Part shown: in pieces, positions 52,555 through 61,487 of the stretch
How the letters are laid out: every line of letters starts with the position of its first letter
Numbering within the stretch: position 1 is the stretch's first letter
Virus record (IMG/VR): IMGVR_UViG_3300005434_000009
Location: 8,581 to 72,580 of that record
Strand: one strand, 5' to 3'
From: a virus
Lineage: Duplodnaviria; Caudoviricetes
DNA: 64,000 nucleotides
Made by a program: the position numbers and the translations under genes
The notes under the pieces: generated by a model
What the model was told of the DNA's origin: nothing
The model's input: the letters and a program-made list of their open reading frames with translations, nothing else
Databases searched by the model: none

Positions 52555-53357
52555 CAGAGGGACCGGTCGAAGCTGCGGGCGAACCCGATCAGCGCCTGGA
52601 CACCAGTGACGGTCCCAGTGGTGGACCAGGACACCTGGATGAACTCGTTGATCGTCTGCGAGGACTGGACGTAGGCCTGCTGCGCCCAGTTGACCGGGGC
52701 CGCCAGAGTTCCGGATGCGGTGGAGAACGTCGCTCCGGGGATGTCGGTGTAGGTGCCGCCAGAGGTGGTGCAGTGCTGAACCTTCGCGGTGAACGTGGGG
52801 TTGCTGGAACCCTGGATGTCCCACACGTACAGGTAGGCGGCACCGCCGAACGTGGTGGCCCCACCGTAGGCGGTGTTCGCGTCGACCGGGCCCAGGCCGG
52901 ACGCACCGGACAGCAGGGTCCCCTTCGGAGACAGCACGATGCGGCCCATGTGGAAGGCGCCGCGGGTGCCGAACTCGGTGTTCTCGGTGGCGACGGACTT
53001 CTCGTCGAACTTGCTTCCGTCCTTGCCGAAGGACCCAGGGAACATTTCGATGTGAGAGCCGGCGGACAGGCCGCGCTTGGCGATCCACCCGTACACCGGA
53101 GACTGGCGCCTCTTGAGCGGCTGCAGCTGGTAGTCGAGGGCGGGGCTGTGAACCAGCTCCATCTTGATCATGCCCTTGGGGATGCCGGGCAGGTTGTTCT
53201 GCGCCTCGTTCCCCAGCGTGGTCGCATCCGCCATGTCCACGTCGAAGTCGGAGTCCACCGACTTGATCTGGCTGGTCAGCAGGTAGCGGTCGATACCGGC
53301 GTGGCCGTACTGGCCGTGGGAGGCGTCCGCCCCGAGCCTGTTGAGGTCGTAAGCCAT
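52554..53357 (-). CDS. Major tail (tube) protein
   Basis: Position before the chaperones; D.ADATTLG..A...PG. Confidence 0.8.
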   Translation of the reverse strand: MAYDLNRLGADASHGQYGHAGIDRYLLTSQIKSVDSDFDVDMADATTLGNEAQNNLPGIPKGMIKMELVHSPALDYQLQPLKRRQSPVYGWIAKRGLSAGSHIEMFPGSFGKDGSKFDEKSVATENTEFGTRGAFHMGRIVLSPKGTLLSGASGLGPVDANTAYGGATTFGGAAYLYVWDIQGSSNPTFTAKVQHCTTSGGTYTDIPGATFSTASGTLAAPVNWAQQAYVQSSQTINEFIQVSWSTTGTVTGVQALIGFARSFDRSL

Positions 53358-53362
53358 GGTGG

Positions 53363-53620
53363 TCAGCTCTCCTTGCTGGAGGTCGTCGAGGAGGACTCCT
53401 CGTCAGGGATGGGGAAGAGCAGGCCGTGAGCGAGCAGCTCTTCGACCTCGTCGGAGCCGGGGACACCGGTGAACTTGGGCTTCGCGCCGGGCCACCCGTC
53501 GGCTCCGTCGGGGTCGTAGGAGACGGACACGTCGATCCCGGTCTTCGGGTTGCGTTCCTTGCGGCGGAAGTGGGCCCGTACCGGGTAGTCCCTGGTCTCC
53601 GGGTCTTTGGCTGCGGGCAT
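53363..53620 (-). CDS. Small hypothetical virion-module protein
   Basis: AGGAGAGG RBS. Confidence 0.55.
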   Translation of the reverse strand: MPAAKDPETRDYPVRAHFRRKERNPKTGIDVSVSYDPDGADGWPGAKPKFTGVPGSDEVEELLAHGLLFPIPDEESSSTTSSKES

Positions 53621-53650
53621 GACAGGGAGACCTCTCCTTGTGCGGGCATG

Positions 53651-53683
53651 AGAAAGGCCCCCGGACCGTGACGGCGGGGGCCT
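53651..53683 (-). terminator. Intrinsic terminator
   Basis: AGGCCCCCG-loop-CGGGGGCCT followed by TTCTC. Confidence 0.6.
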
Positions 53684-53699
53684 GGAGTGCGAGGCGGGA

Positions 53700-54227
53700 T
53701 TACACGATGTCGGGGGTGAACGTGCTGGCCTGACGGGTGATCGTCAGCGGCTGGTTCGTCGCCGTGGCGGTCGCGGCGGTGCTGATGACCACGGTGGTCG
53801 AGTTGGTGACCGACGCGATCGTGGTGCCGCTGGGGATACCGGGTCCGGCGATGACCGCACCCACATCAGCCGGGGATGCGAACGAAGCTGTGGCACTGGT
53901 GACCGTGGTGTTCGAGTTGGTCGCCCCATCGGCGACGGTGCGACCCAGTGCGGCGGCGGGCACCACAGACCAGGTGCCGTAGTTGTAGCCGATCGCATCA
54001 CCGGGGTTGACCTCGAGCACCTGGCCGGGGGCGATGATGACCTCGGCGACGGTGGAAGCACCTGGTTTGGCCACCACACCCAGGCCGGCCCCACCGTTGG
54101 GGAGGACAGCGGCCCAGTCGGCGGCGAACTGGGCGGCGAAGGATGCCACCGAACCCTGCGAGTAGGTGGTGAACAGGTAGCGGCGGATATCCGCCACCTT
54201 CAGGTACTGGATCCGCGTGTCAGCCAC
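53700..54227 (-). CDS. Structural protein (decoration/tail accessory)
   Basis: VIAGPGIPSGTTIASV...STAATATA repeat. Confidence 0.55.
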   Translation of the reverse strand: MADTRIQYLKVADIRRYLFTTYSQGSVASFAAQFAADWAAVLPNGGAGLGVVAKPGASTVAEVIIAPGQVLEVNPGDAIGYNYGTWSVVPAAALGRTVADGATNSNTTVTSATASFASPADVGAVIAGPGIPSGTTIASVTNSTTVVISTAATATATNQPLTITRQASTFTPDIV

Positions 54228-54268
54228 GTCAGAGCTCCTTCAACGTCAATGAGGTGAGTCGGACGGGA

Positions 54269-54703
54269 CTAGTCGGCGCCGATCCGCACACCCAGATCGG
54301 CCTCGAGGTAGGTGTTCCGCTTCTCGCGGGTCAGATCCCAGCCCTTACCGGTGGTGGCGACGACGTTCCGTGGTGCCAGCCGCCACAGGGTGTCGTCGAT
54401 GTCTTCGGAGTGCAGGGCGCTGATGACCGGCCCGAACTTGTCGAACATCCCCGCCATGTCCCGGCGGGACTGCTCCTGGTTCTTCACGGTCAGGTAGAAC
54501 GTCAACCGGAACGACCACAGCGACGGGGTTTGGAGGTGGTCGACGAAACTGGATTTCTCCGCCTCAACGCACAGCAGCGGAAGCTCAACGATCGGGTCCG
54601 GTTTGAACCACTCCACATGCCAACCCGGCTGCAACGGCTCCAGCACCGGCAGCAACCGTTCGACCAGGGCGTCGGACAGTTCGACGAGGTCGGTCACCAC
54701 CAA
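54269..54703 (-). CDS. Head-tail joining / tail terminator-like protein
   Basis: Position after the adaptor. Confidence 0.6.
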   Translation of the reverse strand: MVVTDLVELSDALVERLLPVLEPLQPGWHVEWFKPDPIVELPLLCVEAEKSSFVDHLQTPSLWSFRLTFYLTVKNQEQSRRDMAGMFDKFGPVISALHSEDIDDTLWRLAPRNVVATTGKGWDLTREKRNTYLEADLGVRIGAD

Positions 54704-55167
54704 CCCCAGCCACGGTTACCGCACCCGTAACCCAACCCGAAGTCCGACAGCCCGAACATGGTGCCGTCATACCGGTTGATCGGGGCACCCATGTTGTTTC
54801 CGGAATCGGTCATCGCCGCCCCACCGTCGCCGGCGTCCAGTTCGATCTCACCGCACGCAACGGACTTGAGCAGCGCCATCGCCCGCGCATACCGCAACGC
54901 CAACGGATCCGATGCCAACAGTTCCGTTTCCTGATACCAGTTCAACCCGGCCAGGTAGGCGGCGATGTCGATCGTCAACGACTTCACCAACGCCGGATAC
55001 GGCTCCTCGAACGGCAAGGTGTACCGGCCGCGTAGGTAGCCGTCGATCTGGGATTGGGCGTTCTCGATGGCCTCATCCAGCTGGTCATCACCCAGGTCGG
55101 CGGTGGAGTTGGGGCGGGAGGGGTCGCGCGCCACCGCCAGCCGGACATCGTTGGCGGTGGCGTACAC
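54694..55167 (-). CDS. Head-tail adaptor, Mu gp36/DUF1320-like
   Basis: YAT..DV...AIE.A.S.IDGYL.GRY.LP...L..L..DIA.Y...RY..A...L..VA.G.I.L. Confidence 0.85.
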   Translation of the reverse strand: MYATANDVRLAVARDPSRPNSTADLGDDQLDEAIENAQSQIDGYLRGRYTLPFEEPYPALVKSLTIDIAAYLAGLNWYQETELLASDPLALRYARAMALLKSVACGEIELDAGDGGAAMTDSGNNMGAPINRYDGTMFGLSDFGLGYGCGNRGWGWW

Positions 55168-55173
55168 GACGTC

Positions 55174-55584
55174 CTACTTGCTCGAGGACCGGCGCTGGTT
55201 GGGCTTCGCCTGCGCACTCGCCGGCGAACCCGCCCCGGAACCCTCGTTCGACGCGGATTCCTCGGCTGTGGCCTTGTCGTCCAGGTCGGACTTCGGGTCG
55301 CCGTGCAGACGACGCTGCTCGGCCTCCACCCGGCGGTGGGCTTCGGCGTCGTCGCGCTCGATCTGTTCGAGACGACGCTCCTCAGCTTCCTCGTCGGCCT
55401 TCTCCTGCTCCTTGCGGAGCTTCTCGGCGTGACCCGGCTCAACCAGGGTGCCGCGCTCGACGAGACCGTCGATGAACAGCTGGTGGTCGTCGTCCAAGTC
55501 GTCGCCGATGTCGACCACGTCACCGCGCTTGTACTCGTGGCCCTTGTAGAACCACAGGTCGCCGTTGTACTCGTACTCAGCCAT
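55174..55584 (-). CDS. Acidic head-associated protein
   Basis: AAGGA RBS; Y.RGDVVDI...GLVERG. Confidence 0.6.
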   Translation of the reverse strand: MAEYEYNGDLWFYKGHEYKRGDVVDIGDDLDDDHQLFIDGLVERGTLVEPGHAEKLRKEQEKADEEAEERRLEQIERDDAEAHRRVEAEQRRLHGDPKSDLDDKATAEESASNEGSGAGSPASAQAKPNQRRSSSK

Positions 55585-55670
55585 AGCTGATTCCTTTTCG
55601 GTAGAATGAAAAGACCCCGCGACCTGCGCGAACAGGCCCGGGGCGATGGCCGACCAATGAGGAGATCGAC

Positions 55671-56624
55671 GTGGCCGAGGGTACCTGTTCAATCGCTGGA
55701 TGCGAGAAACCGAACCATTGCAAGTCGTATTGCGAGAACCACTATCGGAAGTTCCGCAAGTACGGGGACCCGCTCGCCGGGAAGTCCCATGTCCGGCTGA
55801 CCGGGACACCCGAGGAGCGGTTCTGGCCCCGAGTGGACAAGAACGGGCCGATACCGGAGCACCGACCCGACCTCGGCCCCTGCTGGTTGTGGACCACCAC
55901 CGCGAGCACTAAAAACGGCTACCCGCAGTTCCGATGCGGTGACCGGATGGTGCTGGCCTACCGCTTCGCCTACGAAAACGTGACCGGGCCGATCCCCGAG
56001 GGGTTTCAGCTTGACCACATGTGCCACAACCAGCACCCGACTTGTTCAGGCGGTCCGGAGTGTCCGCACCGGAAGTGCGTGAACCCGGCCCACCTGGACC
56101 CCGTGACCAACGACGAGAACGCGGCCCGCAGAGCTGGGATGCGCTACCCCAGCAGGTTGTGTCGCAAGAAGCTGCACCGCATGACCGAGGGCAACGTACG
56201 AATCACGCCTAGCGGGGCCCGTGTATGCATCGCATGCGTCCCCGGACGCCGGGCTGACGTGGATCGGACGTGTCCAGCTGGCCATGAGCGAACCTCTGAG
56301 AACACGCGAACGAATAAGAGGGGTTCGCTCGTGTGTCTCGTGTGCCAGCGCGAACTCATGCGTCGGAAAAGATCCGATCAGGTGGTGCCGGTCATCACGA
56401 AGACTGACCGCGGCTGGTCGATCCCTACTGCGGACTGGCGGAGCACGTCACTGCGAGATGACTTGCGGGTCTCGTCCCTGTACATCGCGGTGGCCTGCAA
56501 CGGCACCTCATCGGCGATGAACCCCGACGCCCCGCGCTGGAGGAAGATGACCGTGCCGGCCGGGATCCGCGGCGAGGCGAGCACGTTCAGACCCATGATC
56601 TTCTGCGGGAGCAGGCCCGTGTAG
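55671..56624 (+). CDS. HNH homing endonuclease, antisense, overlapping the capsid gene 3' end
   Basis: GAGGAG RBS; EERFW..VDK...CWLW..GY..F...AYR.AY...GPIPEG.QLDH.C...CVNPAHL..VT..EN. Confidence 0.88.
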   Translation: MAEGTCSIAGCEKPNHCKSYCENHYRKFRKYGDPLAGKSHVRLTGTPEERFWPRVDKNGPIPEHRPDLGPCWLWTTTASTKNGYPQFRCGDRMVLAYRFAYENVTGPIPEGFQLDHMCHNQHPTCSGGPECPHRKCVNPAHLDPVTNDENAARRAGMRYPSRLCRKKLHRMTEGNVRITPSGARVCIACVPGRRADVDRTCPAGHERTSENTRTNKRGSLVCLVCQRELMRRKRSDQVVPVITKTDRGWSIPTADWRSTSLRDDLRVSSLYIAVACNGTSSAMNPDAPRWRKMTVPAGIRGEASTFRPMIFCGSRPV

Positions 56625-57286
56625 CGGAGGTTCTGGTCGGCGATGTCCCCGCCCAGGTACTCCGCGTTGAACTGGGTGGACCGCATGATGTCGAACTTGT
56701 TCGTCCGGTTCACGATCATGGTGTCGCACTCGTAGCCCAGCTCCGAACCCTGCGCGTCCTGCGCGGACTCGATGGCCTTCATCGCGGTCAGGATGTCCGA
56801 CCGGATGTCGGTGGAGCTGATGTTCCAGTGCGCCGACGCCGCACCGGTCTGCACGTTCGCGTTCCCGATGACGGCCTGGACGAAGATGTCATCCCAGGCC
56901 CGGGAGATCGAGTTGATGGCCTGCTTCATCTTCAGCGACATCACGTCGATGGCGTTGCGGCGGCGCATCCAGTCCGACACCACCACACCGATGGAGGTTT
57001 CCTGGGTGTACACCACGTTCGGGGAACCCAGCGACCCCACACCGACCGGGACCTCGGAGAACTCCGCCCGGGTGGTGATGGTGGAATCCAGGTACAGCGG
57101 GGTGGACTCGTGGAACCGGACCACACCGGCCTCTGCGGTGCCGCCGGGGCGCAGCACAGCGTCGGCGATGAAACCCTGCTTGGACTGATCCAGGATGTAC
57201 TCCGGGATCGTGAGCGGGTCCTTCAGCCAGTCGTTGACTGTGATCTGAGGCCCGTCCTGGGACGAGATGATGGGCAGTGCGCTCAT
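56378..57286 (-). CDS. Major capsid protein
   Basis: 302 aa, after protease and decoration genes; HK97-like pattern (RAEFSEVPV, ILT...IES...YE.DT.IVN). Confidence 0.85.
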   Translation of the reverse strand: MSALPIISSQDGPQITVNDWLKDPLTIPEYILDQSKQGFIADAVLRPGGTAEAGVVRFHESTPLYLDSTITTRAEFSEVPVGVGSLGSPNVVYTQETSIGVVVSDWMRRRNAIDVMSLKMKQAINSISRAWDDIFVQAVIGNANVQTGAASAHWNISSTDIRSDILTAMKAIESAQDAQGSELGYECDTMIVNRTNKFDIMRSTQFNAEYLGGDIADQNLRYTGLLPQKIMGLNVLASPRIPAGTVIFLQRGASGFIADEVPLQATAMYRDETRKSSRSDVLRQSAVGIDQPRSVFVMTGTT

Positions 57287-57303
57287 GGTTGGTTACCTGT
57301 CCC

Positions 57304-57711
57304 TCAGAAGAGCCGGATGCGGCCGGCGACGCCGACAGTGAGACCGGCCGGTTCGACACAGCGGCCGATGGCCTGGTCGAACGTTCCGGCGCCGATGGTG
57401 GCCACCTGGCCGCTCGCGGCGGAGGTGACGAGCGCGCCGAACGCGATGGTTCCGGCGGCGGTGAGCTTCACCGTGGCCGGCCCGTAAGCCACCGAGGTGG
57501 TCTTCGGGGCGGTGCCGAACGCGGTGTTGGAGCCGGAACCGGCCGGGACGGCATCGGTGAGGGCAACACCGAGGACGTTGGACACCACACCGGTGGTGGG
57601 CTTCACCTTGCCGGTGGAGCCGTCGACCATGACCAGCTGGCCTCCGGTGACGGTGGCGGAAACTTCGTACGTGTCCGGACCCAGCTGGGTCACGGGGTAG
57701 GTGCCTGCCAT
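57304..57711 (-). CDS. Capsid decoration/cement protein (DUF2190-like)
   Basis: V.GGQLV...G...VLGVALTDA...I.FG.LV.SAA.G. Confidence 0.7.
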   Translation of the reverse strand: MAGTYPVTQLGPDTYEVSATVTGGQLVMVDGSTGKVKPTTGVVSNVLGVALTDAVPAGSGSNTAFGTAPKTTSVAYGPATVKLTAAGTIAFGALVTSAASGQVATIGAGTFDQAIGRCVEPAGLTVGVAGRIRLF

Positions 57712-57723
57712 GTCTGGCCCCCT

Positions 57724-58941
57724 CTACTTTCCGAGTCCGGCGGCGTTGGCCGCGTCGTGGATGCGCTTGCGTGCGGCCTTCGCCTCGTCTTCAGCACCGT
57801 CGCCGTCGTAGGCGGACCCGAGCGGCCCGGACAGGTCGACGCGGCGGCCGTAGGTCTTCGCCACGGTGTGGAGCACGTTCCGCAGCACCGATCCGGCGTC
57901 CACGGAGCCGCCCTGGGACAGCTCCACGGTGTGCTTGGCCCCCTTCAGGAGGGGTTCGGCGAGGGCGACGATGGCCGGCGGGATGCCGTAGTCACGTACG
58001 AGCTGCTCCCGCTCGTACTTCCACTTCTCCTCGTCCCGCTCAGCCTTGAGCTCGGCGAGCTCGATGGCCTGCCGGTCGGCGGCGGTACGCAGCTCGACCA
58101 GGGCCAGGTCGACGGTCTTGTCCTCGTCGGGTTCGACGGCGGCGGCGATGGCCTGCTCGACCTCGGCGTCCTCGTCGACCTCAACGGCAGGCTCGGCCTT
58201 GATCGGGGCGACCGCTTCCGGCTTCACCTCGGTCTCGGTCACGGCCTCGTCGGGCTCGGCGAGCTTCTTGATGAGGGGGAAGATGGACCGAACAGCGGCC
58301 AGCTCCTCCTCGTTGAGCGCAGTCACAGGTGACTCCTCATGGGTGGGGGTTTGGCCGCCGGGGTCGGCGGGGCTTGCGTTCTCCTGGGGCTGTGCGTCGC
58401 CGTCGGGCGTGAACGTGAGGGCCGACAGGTCCAGCACCTCGTCGGTTTCCTCGGAGCACTCCACGGCCTGCCAGGGCGCCATCCCGGACACCCGGGGCGC
58501 CCACGTGGCCAGCACGTGCTGCAACGCGGCCTTGTGAGGGGTGGTGCTCTTGCCGTCCTGGCGGACGTAGTCCTCTACTAGCCGCACCGACACACCCAGG
58601 TTCGGGTGGTCCCGCAGGATCTGGGAACCCTTGTCGGTGGTGGAGACGGTGGCGAACAAACCCTGGTCGGTGGCTTCCAGGCCGATGACTTCGCCGGCGG
58701 CCCGGTCGGGTTCGTTGGTGTGCGAGTTGGAGGCGTCGGCCAGCTGCAACGGCACGGCGTCGAAGGCGCGGGACTTGAACGCGGAGACGATGTCGTTGAG
58801 GTACTCGCGGGTGAAGTTCAGCTTCCGGCCCGAGTAGTCCAGGGACCCGACGGGCAGGATCTGCTTGCGCCAGGTGGACCGGCCCAGCTCGATCGCTTCG
58901 GACTCGTCCTTCGGGGTGAGGACGGTGACACGTCCAGCCAC
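57724..58941 (-). CDS. Prohead protease/scaffold (Mu gpI-like)
   Basis: WRKQILPVG...L...PLQLAD..N.H...HV..T..P...GM..W; acidic helical C-terminus. Confidence 0.8.
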   Translation of the reverse strand: MAGRVTVLTPKDESEAIELGRSTWRKQILPVGSLDYSGRKLNFTREYLNDIVSAFKSRAFDAVPLQLADASNSHTNEPDRAAGEVIGLEATDQGLFATVSTTDKGSQILRDHPNLGVSVRLVEDYVRQDGKSTTPHKAALQHVLATWAPRVSGMAPWQAVECSEETDEVLDLSALTFTPDGDAQPQENASPADPGGQTPTHEESPVTALNEEELAAVRSIFPLIKKLAEPDEAVTETEVKPEAVAPIKAEPAVEVDEDAEVEQAIAAAVEPDEDKTVDLALVELRTAADRQAIELAELKAERDEEKWKYEREQLVRDYGIPPAIVALAEPLLKGAKHTVELSQGGSVDAGSVLRNVLHTVAKTYGRRVDLSGPLGSAYDGDGAEDEAKAARKRIHDAANAAGLGK

Positions 58942-59011
58942 GTGGAAACCTCCTCGAGGCATGGCAAGGAACCCCGAACCGGTGCGGTGCGGGGTTAGAG
59001 GTGTGAGCGGG

Positions 59012-59311
59012 CTACATGCCCGGCTTCTTGGCCTTCATGGCGTCGTCGGTCTTGTCGGTATCGACACCGTGGGACTTGAGGAAGTTGTCCACCCACGGCA
59101 GATCCTCAGCGCCCAACGCCTTGGCCCGGGCGGCGATGTGCGCCACCACCTTCGGCCGGTCATCGGGGCGGGCACGGCCAAACGACAGGATCGCCCTACG
59201 CAGGTACTGCACGTTCGGGATCGGCCACGAACCGCCCCCGTTCAGGGAGGTGGAGGCCAGTTTGTCCCGCTGGGACTGGTTGAGGTTCGCCTCGGCGAGC
59301 TCGATGGTCAT
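59012..59311 (-). CDS. Small head-module protein
   Basis: SWPIPN...LRRAI.SFGRA...V.AHI.ARAKALG. Confidence 0.65.
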   Translation of the reverse strand: MTIELAEANLNQSQRDKLASTSLNGGGSWPIPNVQYLRRAILSFGRARPDDRPKVVAHIAARAKALGAEDLPWVDNFLKSHGVDTDKTDDAMKAKKPGM

Positions 59312-59320
59312 CGGGTCCCC

Positions 59321-59761
59321 TCACAGTCGGATGAGCACGTCGCCCCGGGCCGGTTTGTACCGGCGGTGCCAGTTGGTGATGGCCTTCATGGTGTCCACGG
59401 CGGCGCTGTCCTGGTCGCGTTCCAGCGCCCGGGTGTACAGCACGTCCCGGGGTGGGAGGAGGACCACGATGCGGGTGGCCCCGCACGCTTCGGCGAGCTT
59501 CTGGCGGGCGGCCGGTTCGGGTGCACCACGGATGACCCAGGCGGGAACGGTGGAGGTTCGGACGAGCTCGCACAGCGCCTGGTATTCGACCTGGGCGGCC
59601 CGGTAGTAGCGGCCCTCATGCCCGTGGTCCCGGGGGGAACCGTTGAGCTTCGCCAGGACGTCGATGTCGAGGACGGTGTCCCCAGGTTTGGCCTGTTCCG
59701 CCACGTATGTGCTTTTGCCGGCACACGGTGGACCGCAGACGAGGGTGACGCGGTGTTTCAC
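59321..59761 (-). CDS. P-loop kinase/AAA_33-like protein
   Basis: LVCGPPCAGKSTYV..A.PGD.VLD.D. Confidence 0.8.
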   Translation of the reverse strand: MKHRVTLVCGPPCAGKSTYVAEQAKPGDTVLDIDVLAKLNGSPRDHGHEGRYYRAAQVEYQALCELVRTSTVPAWVIRGAPEPAARQKLAEACGATRIVVLLPPRDVLYTRALERDQDSAAVDTMKAITNWHRRYKPARGDVLIRL

Positions 59762-60516
59762 GAGACGGTGGGGGCAGCTGCGTTGAACCCGCCGACCGGA
59801 TCACCGGTGCAGTGACAGTGCGGATGCATCATCCCTGGCCGGGCCTCCATCGGGCCGTTCTCCGTCTGCACGACGATCAAGTTGTCGAGCGTGAAGAGAC
59901 GGCCTTCCAACTCCTCGCAGTCGGGGGTGACATCGCCCTTTTCAGGGTGCGTGGTCCACCGAAGCTTGCCATTGGGGCCAGCCTCTGCGGCTGCCTTGTC
60001 CAGCGCGGCGGCCGCTCGAGCCCGGTTCTGCCCAGCCTGCCGGTGCTGGTCCAGGTAGACCTTCTCCTGCCGGACAGCGGTGACGAACAGGTCCACCTTC
60101 GACTTCGGTGTCGCCTCATCACCGCTCGAGGTCGACTTCGGCTCCTGCTTGGCCTGGCGGTCGTTCAACAGCAGCGCCCTGGTTAACCGTTTGGAGGCGG
60201 CGAGGACGTAGCGGGCACGCATGAGCGGCTCTTCAGCCTTGACGGTGCGCAGCGTTGTGGTGGCTGGGCCGGTCGTGCGTGTAGGTGAGCCGTAGCGTCC
60301 ACGCCCGGTCAGGGGTGGCGCCATGGCAAGGCGGCCGGCGGCGCGGACAGCACGCGGCTCCAGGCCTAGGGCGACGAGCTTGTCGACCAGTCGCGCCGGC
60401 AGCAGCGTGGCTTTCACGGCGGCCACGGAGGCGAAGAACACCACCAGGGCGGCGATGACGGCAGCTTCCTCGGCCGTGTGCTGCTCGTCCTGCTGGTCAG
60501 GCTGCGGGCTTGTCAC
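59758..60516 (-). CDS. MuF-like minor head protein
   Basis: W...D.T..C..L.G...PG..HPHCHC. Confidence 0.7.
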   Translation of the reverse strand: MTSPQPDQQDEQHTAEEAAVIAALVVFFASVAAVKATLLPARLVDKLVALGLEPRAVRAAGRLAMAPPLTGRGRYGSPTRTTGPATTTLRTVKAEEPLMRARYVLAASKRLTRALLLNDRQAKQEPKSTSSGDEATPKSKVDLFVTAVRQEKVYLDQHRQAGQNRARAAAALDKAAAEAGPNGKLRWTTHPEKGDVTPDCEELEGRLFTLDNLIVVQTENGPMEARPGMMHPHCHCTGDPVGGFNAAAPTVS

Positions 60517-61207
60517 CGAGGCGCCTGCTGCCACGGGAGAACTCCGCCTTCTTGGCCTGCCGGCGCCAGTCGGGCATCTTCTCCCCGAACTTCTGCGACG
60601 CCTTACCGGCCTTGGACTGCACCCAGTAGCCGCCCTTGGACATGGTGAACGGGGCTTTGAGGTGGCCCATGTAGTCGAACCGGTCAGCCTTAGCGGCTTG
60701 TGGGTCGAACCATTCGGCGGTGACGAAGTTACTGACCCCCACCGAGTCGATGAGGTAGGTGTCGTTCTCCACCGGGTCGGCGCACTCGTAGGCCACCAGG
60801 TAGCCCTTGCCGGTGTCGAACCAGCCGGAGCAGTACGGGTCCACGAACGCCTCAGCGACCTCGTGGCTGAGGATGGAGCTGATGGAGTACGGGCCGGTGA
60901 GCGCCTTCGCGCCCTGGTCCATCGCCACCTTGGTCCCCACGACGCCCCAGATGTGCTCTGAGCCGTCCTCTGTGTGGTAACCCAACGCCTGCGGGTCGTC
61001 GAGCTCGTCCATGACGGTGATGACCCGGGCCGTGGTGGGCAGGGTGGTGCCAGCGTCCAACCACTTCACCGCAACAGGGGCTAGACCGTAGGCGGGAGCG
61101 ACGTGCTGGGTGATCTGCTTGGCGCAGGCGGCGACACCCTTCTTCATGTCGGCGTCGGAGACCTGGGTGGAGTGGTTGGCGACGTAGATCGTCGGGTCCA
61201 TCGTCAC
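60497..61207 (-). CDS. Zincin-like metalloprotein (HExxE)
   Basis: ALGYH...LSHEVAEAFVDP...YE.ADPVE...VSNFV...WF. Confidence 0.65.
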   Translation of the reverse strand: MTMDPTIYVANHSTQVSDADMKKGVAACAKQITQHVAPAYGLAPVAVKWLDAGTTLPTTARVITVMDELDDPQALGYHTEDGSEHIWGVVGTKVAMDQGAKALTGPYSISSILSHEVAEAFVDPYCSGWFDTGKGYLVAYECADPVENDTYLIDSVGVSNFVTAEWFDPQAAKADRFDYMGHLKAPFTMSKGGYWVQSKAGKASQKFGEKMPDWRRQAKKAEFSRGSRRLGDKPAA

Positions 61208-61407
61208 GTCGCTTCCCCGGATCCGCGCAGCTTGCGCTTGAACTCCTCGAACCTGGCCAGGTAGTCGGCGTCGGACTCGCCAGGGAGGCGCGGGAAGTCG
61301 ACTTCCACGGACTTGCCGTGCAGCGACTCGATGGCGGCCTGGACGCGGGCGATCTCGGCGAGGAGGCCAGAAGCGTCCCTGCTGAACGTGACGTTCACGT
61401 TGGCCAT
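61204..61407 (-). CDS. 67-aa protein homologous to the tape-measure N-terminus
   Basis: GGAGG RBS; DASGLLAEIARVQAAIESLHGKSVEVDF versus TMP DASGALAAVAAAQGAIDALHGKTVNVDI. Confidence 0.7.
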   Translation of the reverse strand: MANVNVTFSRDASGLLAEIARVQAAIESLHGKSVEVDFPRLPGESDADYLARFEEFKRKLRGSGEAT

Positions 61408-61487
61408 CGGTCCACCTCCACGGGTCTTGAGCTGCGAGGCGAATTCGTAGCCGAGCCTGATGCCGCCGTCCAAGTACGGACCGACGC

